Position numbers and translations under genes: made by a program. Below the pieces are notes generated by a model that had not been told where the DNA came from, did no database searches, and saw only the letters and a program-made list of their open reading frames with translations. From contig DASZMN010000072.1 in NCBI GenBank assembly GCA_035551835.1, positions 8,573-72,572 of the forward strand: a stretch of DNA of 64,000 nt, read 5' to 3'. Positions within the stretch are counted from its first letter, which is position 1. Each line of letters begins with the position of its first letter. Source of the stretch: Acidimicrobiales bacterium. GTDB taxonomy: Bacteria; Actinomycetota; Acidimicrobiia; Acidimicrobiales; RAAP-2. This document shows positions 36,746 through 44,710 of the stretch, in pieces.

Positions 36746-37810
36746 GTGACGGAAAGGCCCCCAGGGCCGATCAGCCTGAACCGCTACGAACTCGAACTCG
36801 CATGGCAGGGCATTCCCACATTTATGAAGCTCCCGGTCTGCCTGACACCCGAAGACCTCAGGGCGGGCAAGGTCGACGTGGCGGTCGGCGGCGCGCCATG
36901 GGACGGCACCGCCGTGACGCGGGCCGGCACCCATATGGGCCCCCAGGCCATCCGGACCTGCGACCACCTGCCGTCTCCTCCCTACGCCCGCCCCCACCTG
37001 CACGTACGGGTCGACCCGTTCGAGCACCTGACCGTGTGCGACTACGGCGACGCCGAGATCATCATCGGGAGCACTGACCGCACCTTCGAGAACATCCGCA
37101 CCTTCGTGGCCGAGATCCTCGGGGGCGGCGCCATGCCCGTCATCCTGGGCGGCGATCACGGCATCACGTGGCCGGCCGCCACCGCAGTGGCGGACGTCTA
37201 TGGGTACGGGAAGATCGGCATTGTCCACTTTGACGCCCACGCCGACACCGCCCCCGACATGCAGGGCGTCCTGGCGGGCCACGGCACGCCCATGCGCCGC
37301 CTGATCGAGAGCGGCGCGGTGCTAGGCCGCAACTTCGTCCAGGTCGGGTTGCGCGGCTACTGGCCGACACCCGACATCGTGGCCTGGATGGAGGAGCAGG
37401 AGATGCACTCGCACTTCATGGCCGAGGTCCAGCGGCACGGCTTCGACACCGTGCTGGAGCGGGCCATCAACGAGGCCCTCTCGGGCAGCGCGGATCACCT
37501 CTACATCTCGGTCGACGTCGACGCGGTCGACCCGGCCCACGCGCCCGGGACCGGCTCGCCCGAGCCGGGTGGCCTCACCAGCGCCGAGGTGCTCCGCGCC
37601 GTGCGGCGGATGTGCGCCGAGGTCGGCATGGTGGCGATGGACGTGGTCGAGGTCAGCCCTCCCTACGACTCGGGCAACAACATCACCGCGCTCTTCGCGC
37701 ACCGCTGCGTCCTCGAGGCTCTGACGGGGACGGCCATGCGTCGGCTCGGCCTGACCACGCCCGACTACCTCGACGAGACCGCTGCGGGCGGGGCCGAGGG
37801 CAGCGAATGA
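36746..37810 (+). CDS. arginase-fold ureohydrolase (agmatinase/guanidine- or guanidino-compound hydrolase family)
   Basis: [44 protein letters not shown] start with AAAGGAG upstream. Confidence 0.85.
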   Translation: MTERPPGPISLNRYELELAWQGIPTFMKLPVCLTPEDLRAGKVDVAVGGAPWDGTAVTRAGTHMGPQAIRTCDHLPSPPYARPHLHVRVDPFEHLTVCDYGDAEIIIGSTDRTFENIRTFVAEILGGGAMPVILGGDHGITWPAATAVADVYGYGKIGIVHFDAHADTAPDMQGVLAGHGTPMRRLIESGAVLGRNFVQVGLRGYWPTPDIVAWMEEQEMHSHFMAEVQRHGFDTVLERAINEALSGSADHLYISVDVDAVDPAHAPGTGSPEPGGLTSAEVLRAVRRMCAEVGMVAMDVVEVSPPYDSGNNITALFAHRCVLEALTGTAMRRLGLTTPDYLDETAAGGAEGSE

Positions 37811-38886
37811 GCATGGTCGACGGCTCGCTCTTGGCCACTGGCAACTCCGACGCAGCCGGCGCATCGTCGCTTGCCGCGCTCTACACGGACCCGGGGGTGC
37901 TGGCCGCAGAGCGGGCCCGCCTCTTGACGCGCAGCTGGGCTCTGGTGGCGTCGGATGAGGAGGTCGCCGGGCCCGGCTCCTACGTCACGGCATTCGTGGG
38001 CGGCATCCCCGTCGCCGTCGTGCGCGGCCACGACGGGGTGCTGCGCGCCTTTCACAACGTGTGCCGCCACCGCGGCATCACGCTGCTCGAGGGGACCGGG
38101 ACGGTGGGGCGGTTCATGACCTGCCCGTACCACCAGTGGAGCTACGCCTCCACCGGGGAGCTCGCCCGCGTGCCCCAGGCCGACGACCAGTTCCCCTCGC
38201 TCGAGCTGTGCGACCTCGGTCTCGTCGAAGCGCAGGTGGCTGTGTGGTGCGGGATGGTCTTCGTCAACCCCTGGGCCGAGTCGCCCCCGCTGGCCGAGGA
38301 GATGTCCGGTCTCGACCTCCGGTTCGAGCGGTTCCTGGCCGGTCCCCTCCGACAGGTGGCCGTGGTCCAGTACGAGGCGGCGTGCAACTGGAAGCTGCTG
38401 GTGGAGAATCACATCGACGTCTACCACCTGTGGTACCTCCACGCCAAGACGCTCGCCGCGTACGACCATCGGGCGTTCAGCTGGGAGTCGCTCGGCGACA
38501 ACTGGTGGAGTCTCGAGCCCCTCAAGGCGCCGTCGGGAAGGGCGGCGGACTGGGTTCCCCCCGACATGCGCGGGACGATCGGGGCATATCTGTTGTTCCC
38601 CAACCTCATGCTGGTGACGACCGACGACTACTTCGCCTCCTACGACGCCGTTCCGGTTGCGCCGGACCGCACGCGGCTCACGTTGCGGGTGCGGGCGCCG
38701 GCCGACGCCGACGCCGACGCGCTCGTGACGTCGATCCGCTCGTTCATGGCCGAGGACGTTGCGGCGTGCGAGCGCATGCAACAGGGCACCGCGTCACCGT
38801 GGTTCGGCGTGGCTGCCCTGGCCACGACGCACGAGGAGCCGATCCGTCGATTCCACGCCGCCCTCGGGCGGCGGCTGGCCCAGTGA
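37807..38886 (+). CDS. Rieske [2Fe-2S] non-heme iron oxygenase, alpha (catalytic) subunit
   Basis: CRH-x17-CPYH Rieske motif and DVYHLWYLH (D-x2-H-x4-H) mononuclear iron motif. ATGA overlap with the upstream gene. No beta subunit or reductase gene adjacent. Confidence 0.8.
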   Translation: MSMVDGSLLATGNSDAAGASSLAALYTDPGVLAAERARLLTRSWALVASDEEVAGPGSYVTAFVGGIPVAVVRGHDGVLRAFHNVCRHRGITLLEGTGTVGRFMTCPYHQWSYASTGELARVPQADDQFPSLELCDLGLVEAQVAVWCGMVFVNPWAESPPLAEEMSGLDLRFERFLAGPLRQVAVVQYEAACNWKLLVENHIDVYHLWYLHAKTLAAYDHRAFSWESLGDNWWSLEPLKAPSGRAADWVPPDMRGTIGAYLLFPNLMLVTTDDYFASYDAVPVAPDRTRLTLRVRAPADADADALVTSIRSFMAEDVAACERMQQGTASPWFGVAALATTHEEPIRRFHAALGRRLAQ

Positions 38887-39515
38887 GCGGCGAGCCTGAG
38901 CGGCCGGCGGAGTTGGCCGACATCCAGGGCTCGTGGCGCCGCGACGGGCGCCGGCTGCACGACGGGCCCTGGGACGAGATCAGCGACGTCCTGTGGCTCC
39001 AGGTCGGCGTGCACTTTTGCGACCTGCGCACGGCGTACGCCGGCACCGTGCCGTCCCACGGCCTCGATCTCGCCCAGGCCTTCAGCGGGACTATCGACGT
39101 CGCCCACGGGGACATCACCTTCCACCACGATCTCGACTCCTTGGACCGCGATCCCGCGCACCCCGACGTGAGCACCGTCCACCGCGTGGCCGAGGCCATG
39201 TACGAACGGGGGCCGGGGTTCGAGGAGCGCTGGGTCCTGGCGTCGCTGCCCGACGACGACGGCGCCGTCGCCGAGCTGCCCGCGGCGGACGGGGGGGCGC
39301 TCGCTCGCATCGTGCGGGTCGGCGCGCTGGCGCTGGCGGTCTGGGGCGGGCGCACTCCCGGCGGCGCACGGTACACCGCACCCCACGGGTGGGCACCTGA
39401 GCCCGCGACGCCGGGCGAACGCGGCGTCGCCGACGCCGACGAGGCGGTCCACGCCCTCGCCTTCGGCGGCCCGCTCCCGGGGAGCTGGCAGTCGGTCACC
39501 ACGATGCCGTCGTGA
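38883..39515 (+). CDS. hypothetical protein (210 aa), translationally coupled on both sides
   Basis: GTGA overlap at both ends (38883-38886 and 39512-39515) and high GC3. No family recognised. Confidence 0.55.
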   Translation: MSGEPERPAELADIQGSWRRDGRRLHDGPWDEISDVLWLQVGVHFCDLRTAYAGTVPSHGLDLAQAFSGTIDVAHGDITFHHDLDSLDRDPAHPDVSTVHRVAEAMYERGPGFEERWVLASLPDDDGAVAELPAADGGALARIVRVGALALAVWGGRTPGGARYTAPHGWAPEPATPGERGVADADEAVHALAFGGPLPGSWQSVTTMPS

Positions 39516-40333
39516 GCGCGGACGGCGTGCGTCGGGTCGTACTGCTGACGCTCGGGTGGGAGGACCTGCCCAAGTCGGTCTCGGTGCACGGCGCGCCGCC
39601 CACCGAGCGGTTGCGCGAGCCCGTGCCCGGCGTCCTTCTCCAGTGCGACGGGGGCTGGCTGCTGCTCGACACGGGCTTCAACCCGGCGCTCATCCGGGAT
39701 CCCGCCCTCAAGCGCCGCTTCCACGGGGACCCGGGCTTCCGGCCGGTGCTGCCCGGGCCGGGCGAGCCGCTCGAGGAGGCCCTGGCGGGCGCGGGCATCG
39801 CGCTCGAGCAGATCTACGCCGTCGGCCTCAGCCACCTGCACAACGACCACGCCGGCGGGTTGCGCCATTTCTCGGGCCGGGTGCCGGTGCACGCGCAGAA
39901 AGCCGAGTTGGACTACGGCCTCGCCAACCACCCCGACCCCGAGCACCACGCCATGTTCCGTATCGACTACGACGACCCCGCCATCGACTGGCGCCTGGCC
40001 GAAGGCGACGGCGAGATCGCCCCGGGTGTGACCGCGGTCCTCACGGCGGGCCACACCCCCGGGCACCAGAGCTTCATCGTGGACCTCGACGAGTCGGTGG
40101 GCGGCGGTGGTCTGGTCTTCGCGTTTGACGCGGCGGACCTGACCGAGAACATCGAGCACGAGCTCCCGATCGGGGGTCGGGTCGGGGTGCCGCCCGAGGC
40201 CACGATCGAGCCGATCCGCCGCCTCAAGCGCCTGGCTGCGACCCGGGGCTACTCGCTCATTCCCGGCCACGATCCGGTGGTGTGGCCCCGCCTCACCCGC
40301 GAGCTGGCCGAGCGTTTCGCCACCACCGGTTAG
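39512..40333 (+). CDS. metallo-beta-lactamase fold hydrolase (N-acyl homoserine lactonase-like)
   Basis: HLHNDHAGG (HxHxDH), LTAGHTPGH, IPGHD motifs. Confidence 0.8.
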   Translation: MSADGVRRVVLLTLGWEDLPKSVSVHGAPPTERLREPVPGVLLQCDGGWLLLDTGFNPALIRDPALKRRFHGDPGFRPVLPGPGEPLEEALAGAGIALEQIYAVGLSHLHNDHAGGLRHFSGRVPVHAQKAELDYGLANHPDPEHHAMFRIDYDDPAIDWRLAEGDGEIAPGVTAVLTAGHTPGHQSFIVDLDESVGGGGLVFAFDAADLTENIEHELPIGGRVGVPPEATIEPIRRLKRLAATRGYSLIPGHDPVVWPRLTRELAERFATTG

Positions 40334-41508
40334 CGCAACGCCATCGCCGCCAACGCCGCGTACCCCTGGGCGCCGCGGCGCAGCGACTTGAGGCTCACGT
40401 GCTCGTCGACCTGGTGCGCCATCGACTCGACCCCCACGCCGAAGCCGATCGTGGGGATGCCGCACACGCCAGCGCTGTACGACCCGTTCGTGCAAAAGGA
40501 GTAGTGCGTGGGTGTGGGGTCGAGGCCGACCGTGCCCAGCGCGCCCGTGGCAGCGCGGACCAGCGCCGAGTCCTCCGGCGTCCACCAGGCCGCCGCGTAC
40601 TCGGGCAGCGAAAAGGTCCGGCCCGTCCACGTCGCGAACGTCGCCTCCACCAGCTTCACCTCGAGTCCGGGCTGCTCGGGCCAGCCGGCCCAGGCGCGCC
40701 GCGCGGCGTCGACGAGGAGTGCGACGACCGACTCCTCGGTTTCGCCAGGGATGAACCGACAGTCGAAGCGCGCCACCGCGGAGCCGGGAATGGTCGAGAC
40801 CGAGGGGTAGGGATCGGAGTGCACGTCGATGCAGTTGAGGTCCCGCGCCCCGAGCTGGGGGTGGGCGGGGTGCGTAATCCGAGCTGCCTCGTCGATCAGA
40901 GCCGCCACGGCCAGAGCCGCGTTGAGCCCGTAGCCCGCGTGGCCCGCGTGACAGGCGCGGCCGGTCACCGTAACCTCCACCTTGGCCCGGCCGCGCTGGC
41001 CGATGCACAGCTGCGTGTCGTTGGGCTCGCTCGTCACGAAGGCATCCGGTCTCCAGGTGGCCACCGGCTCGGCGAGGGCGCCGCCCTCCATCTCCTCCTC
41101 GCACACGCTGGCCACCACGACGACGCGGCTCGCGGCCACCGGAGCCGCCACCGCCACGCCCCAGATGGCGGCGGCGATCGACGCCTTCTGGTCGCAGATG
41201 CCGAGGCCGTACAGCATCCCGTCGCGGACCATGCCGCCGAAGGGATCGACGCTCCAGCGTTCGGCGGAGTGCAACGGTATCGAGTCGATGTGGCCGTCGA
41301 TCATGAGCGTCGGGCGGTCGGCGGGTCCCAGCACACCGACTGCGTTCCCGCTGTCGTCGACCCCGACCTCGTCGAAGCCGGCCGCCTGCATGGCGCCGGT
41401 CACGAGCGCGACCGCCTCACCCTCGGTTCCCGACACGCTGCTCGTTTGCGCCAGCGCGACAGCCAGAGCGCAGAGCGCGTCGTCGTCGACCGGGAATTGC
41501 GTCGTCAC
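40330..41508 (-). CDS. M20 family metallopeptidase / amidohydrolase (ArgE/DapE/carbamoylase-like)
   Basis: MIDGHIDSIP, GLGICDQK and SEPND-like motifs. GTG start overlaps the upstream stop (GTGA at 41505-41508). Confidence 0.85.
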   Translation of the reverse strand: MTTQFPVDDDALCALAVALAQTSSVSGTEGEAVALVTGAMQAAGFDEVGVDDSGNAVGVLGPADRPTLMIDGHIDSIPLHSAERWSVDPFGGMVRDGMLYGLGICDQKASIAAAIWGVAVAAPVAASRVVVVASVCEEEMEGGALAEPVATWRPDAFVTSEPNDTQLCIGQRGRAKVEVTVTGRACHAGHAGYGLNAALAVAALIDEAARITHPAHPQLGARDLNCIDVHSDPYPSVSTIPGSAVARFDCRFIPGETEESVVALLVDAARRAWAGWPEQPGLEVKLVEATFATWTGRTFSLPEYAAAWWTPEDSALVRAATGALGTVGLDPTPTHYSFCTNGSYSAGVCGIPTIGFGVGVESMAHQVDEHVSLKSLRRGAQGYAALAAMALR

Positions 41509-42797
41509 CGCGCCACACCGATGAGGCGCGCACTGCGCGACAGCGCGCCGGGTGAGAGGAAGCGCCCGATCGGCTCGCCGGCCAGCGCGCCGTCTTCGTA
41601 CACGACTTCGCCGCGCACCAGGGTCGCTTGCACCACGCCAGACAGCACCCGACCGCTGAAGGGCGAGCGCCGGTGGCGCGTCTGGAGCGTGTCCGGGCCC
41701 ACGGTCCACGTCGCCGCCAGATCGACCAGCGCCACGTCGGCGTCCGAGCCGACGGCGAGCGCACCCTTGCCGGTGAGCGCGCACAGCCGGGCCGCGGCAG
41801 TGCGCAGACGGTCAAGGACCGCGAGCGGGAGGTCCAAGGTGAGGAGCACCGACAGCGTCGTCTGCACTCCCGACACGCCGGCGAACGGCGCGTCGCCCTC
41901 CTTCTCTTCGGGCGGGCACGGCGAGTGGTCGGACGCGATCGTGTCGATGCTGCCGTCGAGGACGGCACGCACCATGCGAAGGCGATTGCTCTCGTCGCGG
42001 ACAGGAGGGCAGCACTGCGCGTCGGGCCCGATCCGATCGGCGGCTTGGTCGTCGAGGGCAAGGTAGTGCGGGCAGGTCTCGATCGTGGTTCCCGGCCAGC
42101 GCATCGACTCCTCGACCGCCTCGCTCGAGGAACAGTGGACGACGTGCAGGCGCGCTCCGTGGCGGACGGCGGCCGCCCCGGCCGTCGCGACGGCGGCGAC
42201 CTCGGAAGCCATGGGACGGTCACGCCCACCCCGCTCGAAGAGGACCGGGTCCTCGCAGTGCACGGCGACTGGGACATCCGCCGCGGCGGCGGCGCGCATG
42301 CCGCGGTCGAGGGCCTCGGGCGTGCAGGCTGGGAACTCGGGCCACCCGCTGTCACAGAGAAAGGCCTTGAGCCCCACGACCCCGGCGTCGAGGAGCGAGT
42401 TCAACGCCCCGAGATTGCGCGGGACGAGCCCACCCCACAGCGCGAAGTCGACCACGGACACTCCCGTCGCGCTGGCGCGCTTGTCGCGCACGGCGGCGGC
42501 CGTCAGGGTCGGGGGGTGCGAGTCGATCGGCATGTCGACGACCGTCGTGACCCCGCCGGCGGCCGCAGCCAGGCTCCCGGTGGCCCAGCCTTCCCACTCG
42601 TCGCGCCCCGGTGCGTCGAAGTGCACGTGGGCGTCGACCGCGCCGGGGAGCACGTCCAAGCCGTCGGCATCGACCGACCGCCGGGCCGGGCCACCCCGGC
42701 CAGCCTCGGTGAGCGCGACGATCACGCCGCGGTCGACGACCACGTCGCGCGGCACGCCGCGCACCCTGCCCGCACGCACCACCAGATCGGCCGTCAC
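41505..42797 (-). CDS. allantoinase / cyclic amidohydrolase (dihydroorotase-hydantoinase superfamily)
   Basis: GAVDAHVHFDAPGRDEWEGWATGSLAAAAGGVTTVVDMP closely follows the allantoinase N-terminal pattern. GLKAFL (carbamylated Lys) and VHCED present. GTG 42797 follows GGGAGA. Confidence 0.85.
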   Translation of the reverse strand: MTADLVVRAGRVRGVPRDVVVDRGVIVALTEAGRGGPARRSVDADGLDVLPGAVDAHVHFDAPGRDEWEGWATGSLAAAAGGVTTVVDMPIDSHPPTLTAAAVRDKRASATGVSVVDFALWGGLVPRNLGALNSLLDAGVVGLKAFLCDSGWPEFPACTPEALDRGMRAAAAADVPVAVHCEDPVLFERGGRDRPMASEVAAVATAGAAAVRHGARLHVVHCSSSEAVEESMRWPGTTIETCPHYLALDDQAADRIGPDAQCCPPVRDESNRLRMVRAVLDGSIDTIASDHSPCPPEEKEGDAPFAGVSGVQTTLSVLLTLDLPLAVLDRLRTAAARLCALTGKGALAVGSDADVALVDLAATWTVGPDTLQTRHRRSPFSGRVLSGVVQATLVRGEVVYEDGALAGEPIGRFLSPGALSRSARLIGVAR

Positions 42798-42933
42798 CAG
42801 GTTCTCCCGGATTCCATGTCCCGCGTACAGTCTTGGGCTTCGAGGTTTCTGCCGGATCTCGCCCGTGTAATTGCTCTGTGAATTCGGCACTGCTCGCGCT
42901 TCGGCGGCAACGCCTCGGTGCGAGGATGCCCCC

Positions 42934-43809
42934 ATGAGCGATCCCCGGGTGGTGGACGTCCACGTCCATCTCTTCGAGCAGCCGGACGACCCGGTGCGCG
43001 ACGGGTACGAGATCTGGGAGTACGGGTCGCACGACGGCGTCGAGTTCGGCACCCGGCGCGGCACGCCCGAAGATCTCGTCGCGGCGCTGGGGCGCGGCGA
43101 GCCGGTCGCGCACTCGGTGTTGCTTGGCATGTTCTGCCCGCAGCCCGCCGCCACCGGCGAGGCGGACCGCCTGCGCGACTACAACGGCTGGGTGCTCGAG
43201 ACGGCGGCCACCTCGCCGCATCTCACTCCGTTCGTCGCCGCCGACCCCGGCGCGCTCGGGGGCCGGGCGGGCGCGGCGCACCTGCGCTGGGCGGCGGAGC
43301 GGGGCGCCAAGGGAATCAAGCTCCACCCGCCGATGCAGTCGTTCGCGCCGGACGACCCCCGTCTCGACGCGATCTATGAAACGTGCCTCGAGCTCGGCCT
43401 CAGCGTGTTGGCGCATTCGGGCTCGACCCGGCACGGTCCGGCCGCTGACCCCTTCGCCTTCAGCGCCGTCCTCGAGGCGCACCCGGGGCTCCATCTGGTG
43501 CTGGCCCACCTGGGCGGCGCGAGCTGGCGGCAGGTGACCCCCTTCGCTGCGGCCTACCCGTCCGTGTCGTTCGACCTCTGCGAGATCATCGCCTGGACCG
43601 GAGCGCCGCACGCACCGACGGCCGACGAGCTCGGCGTCCTCATCCGGAACGTCGGGCCCGAACGGGTGCTGTTCGGTACGGATTTCCCCTGGTACGAGCT
43701 GGACCGCACGATCGAGCACCTCATGTCGCTCCCGCACCTCTCCGACGAGGAGCGGCTCGGGATCCTCGGCGAGAACGCCATCAGCCGCATCGGCCTCGAC
43801 CTGTCCTGA
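42934..43809 (+). CDS. amidohydrolase 2 family (TIM-barrel metal-dependent hydrolase/decarboxylase)
   Basis: VVDVHVHLF HxH motif and GIKLHP. The ATG at 42934 has GAGGA 8 nt upstream. Confidence 0.8.
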   Translation: MSDPRVVDVHVHLFEQPDDPVRDGYEIWEYGSHDGVEFGTRRGTPEDLVAALGRGEPVAHSVLLGMFCPQPAATGEADRLRDYNGWVLETAATSPHLTPFVAADPGALGGRAGAAHLRWAAERGAKGIKLHPPMQSFAPDDPRLDAIYETCLELGLSVLAHSGSTRHGPAADPFAFSAVLEAHPGLHLVLAHLGGASWRQVTPFAAAYPSVSFDLCEIIAWTGAPHAPTADELGVLIRNVGPERVLFGTDFPWYELDRTIEHLMSLPHLSDEERLGILGENAISRIGLDLS

Positions 43810-43847
43810 GATCGGGCGCCAGGGGGCGGTTGGTAGCGTCGCCGGCG

Positions 43848-44594
43848 ATGACAGAGCGTGAGGTGCGACCCGCTGTCGGCAGCACGTCGGACGGCGTCTC
43901 GCTCTACGACGGCCTCCTCACGACGCGGGCCATCCGCCGCTACGCCGACGAGAAGGTCCCCGACGAGGTCCTGCGCGACATCCTCTTCGCCGCCACCCGG
44001 GCCCCGAGCGGGTCGAACCGCCAGCCATTCCGCTTCATCGTGCTGACCGACGGTCTGGTCGCCGCCGAGGCCAAGCGGATGATCGGGGTTGGCGCCCGCC
44101 GGTTCTGGGACGCCAAGCGGGCCGAGGACGGTTACGACAAGGGGTCGGGCACCCAGGCCGACTCGCCCAAGTCACGACTGGCCCGCGTCATGCAGCGCTA
44201 CGTCGACGAGTACGAGTCGGTGCCCGTGCTCATCCTCGCCTGCTTCGAGCGCCACCGCGCCGAGGCCCACAGCAGCGACGGCGCCTCGGTCTACCCGGCC
44301 TGTCAGAACCTGCTGCTGGCCGCCCGGGCCCTGGGCTACGGGGGCGTGCTGACCGGGTTGCACTACATGGCCGACGGCGACCTGCGGAGGCTGTTGGGCC
44401 TCCCCGACCGCGTGGAGATCATGGCCACGATCACGCTCGGGCGGCCACTGGGGAGGCACGGTCCGGTGCGCCGACGCCCGCTCCCCGAGTTGGTGTTCGG
44501 TGAACAGTGGGGGCAGCCACCCGACTGGGCGGTCGACCCAACCGGCGTGCGCCACACCGCTGCCGGGCCACCGCGCCCCGAGCCCTCGGGCTGA
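43848..44594 (+). CDS. nitroreductase family protein
   Basis: TRAIRRY, APSGSNRQPFRFIV and ARALGYGGVLT motifs. Confidence 0.8.
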   Translation: MTEREVRPAVGSTSDGVSLYDGLLTTRAIRRYADEKVPDEVLRDILFAATRAPSGSNRQPFRFIVLTDGLVAAEAKRMIGVGARRFWDAKRAEDGYDKGSGTQADSPKSRLARVMQRYVDEYESVPVLILACFERHRAEAHSSDGASVYPACQNLLLAARALGYGGVLTGLHYMADGDLRRLLGLPDRVEIMATITLGRPLGRHGPVRRRPLPELVFGEQWGQPPDWAVDPTGVRHTAAGPPRPEPSG

Positions 44595-44643
44595 CCGGGC
44601 CCCACCCGCCAGCCAATACAGTTTGGGGGCGGCGCCACGCTCC

Positions 44644-44679
44644 GCACGCCAGACACGCAAGGCACGCCAGGCACGCCAG
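44644..44679. repeat. 9-bp tandem repeat GCACGCCAG x4 (second copy degenerate)
   Basis: gcacgccag acacgcaag gcacgccag gcacgccag, about 30 nt upstream of the ATG at 44711. Confidence 0.85.
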
Positions 44680-44710
44680 GGACCACGGAACGAGGATTGG
44701 GAAGGCTGAC

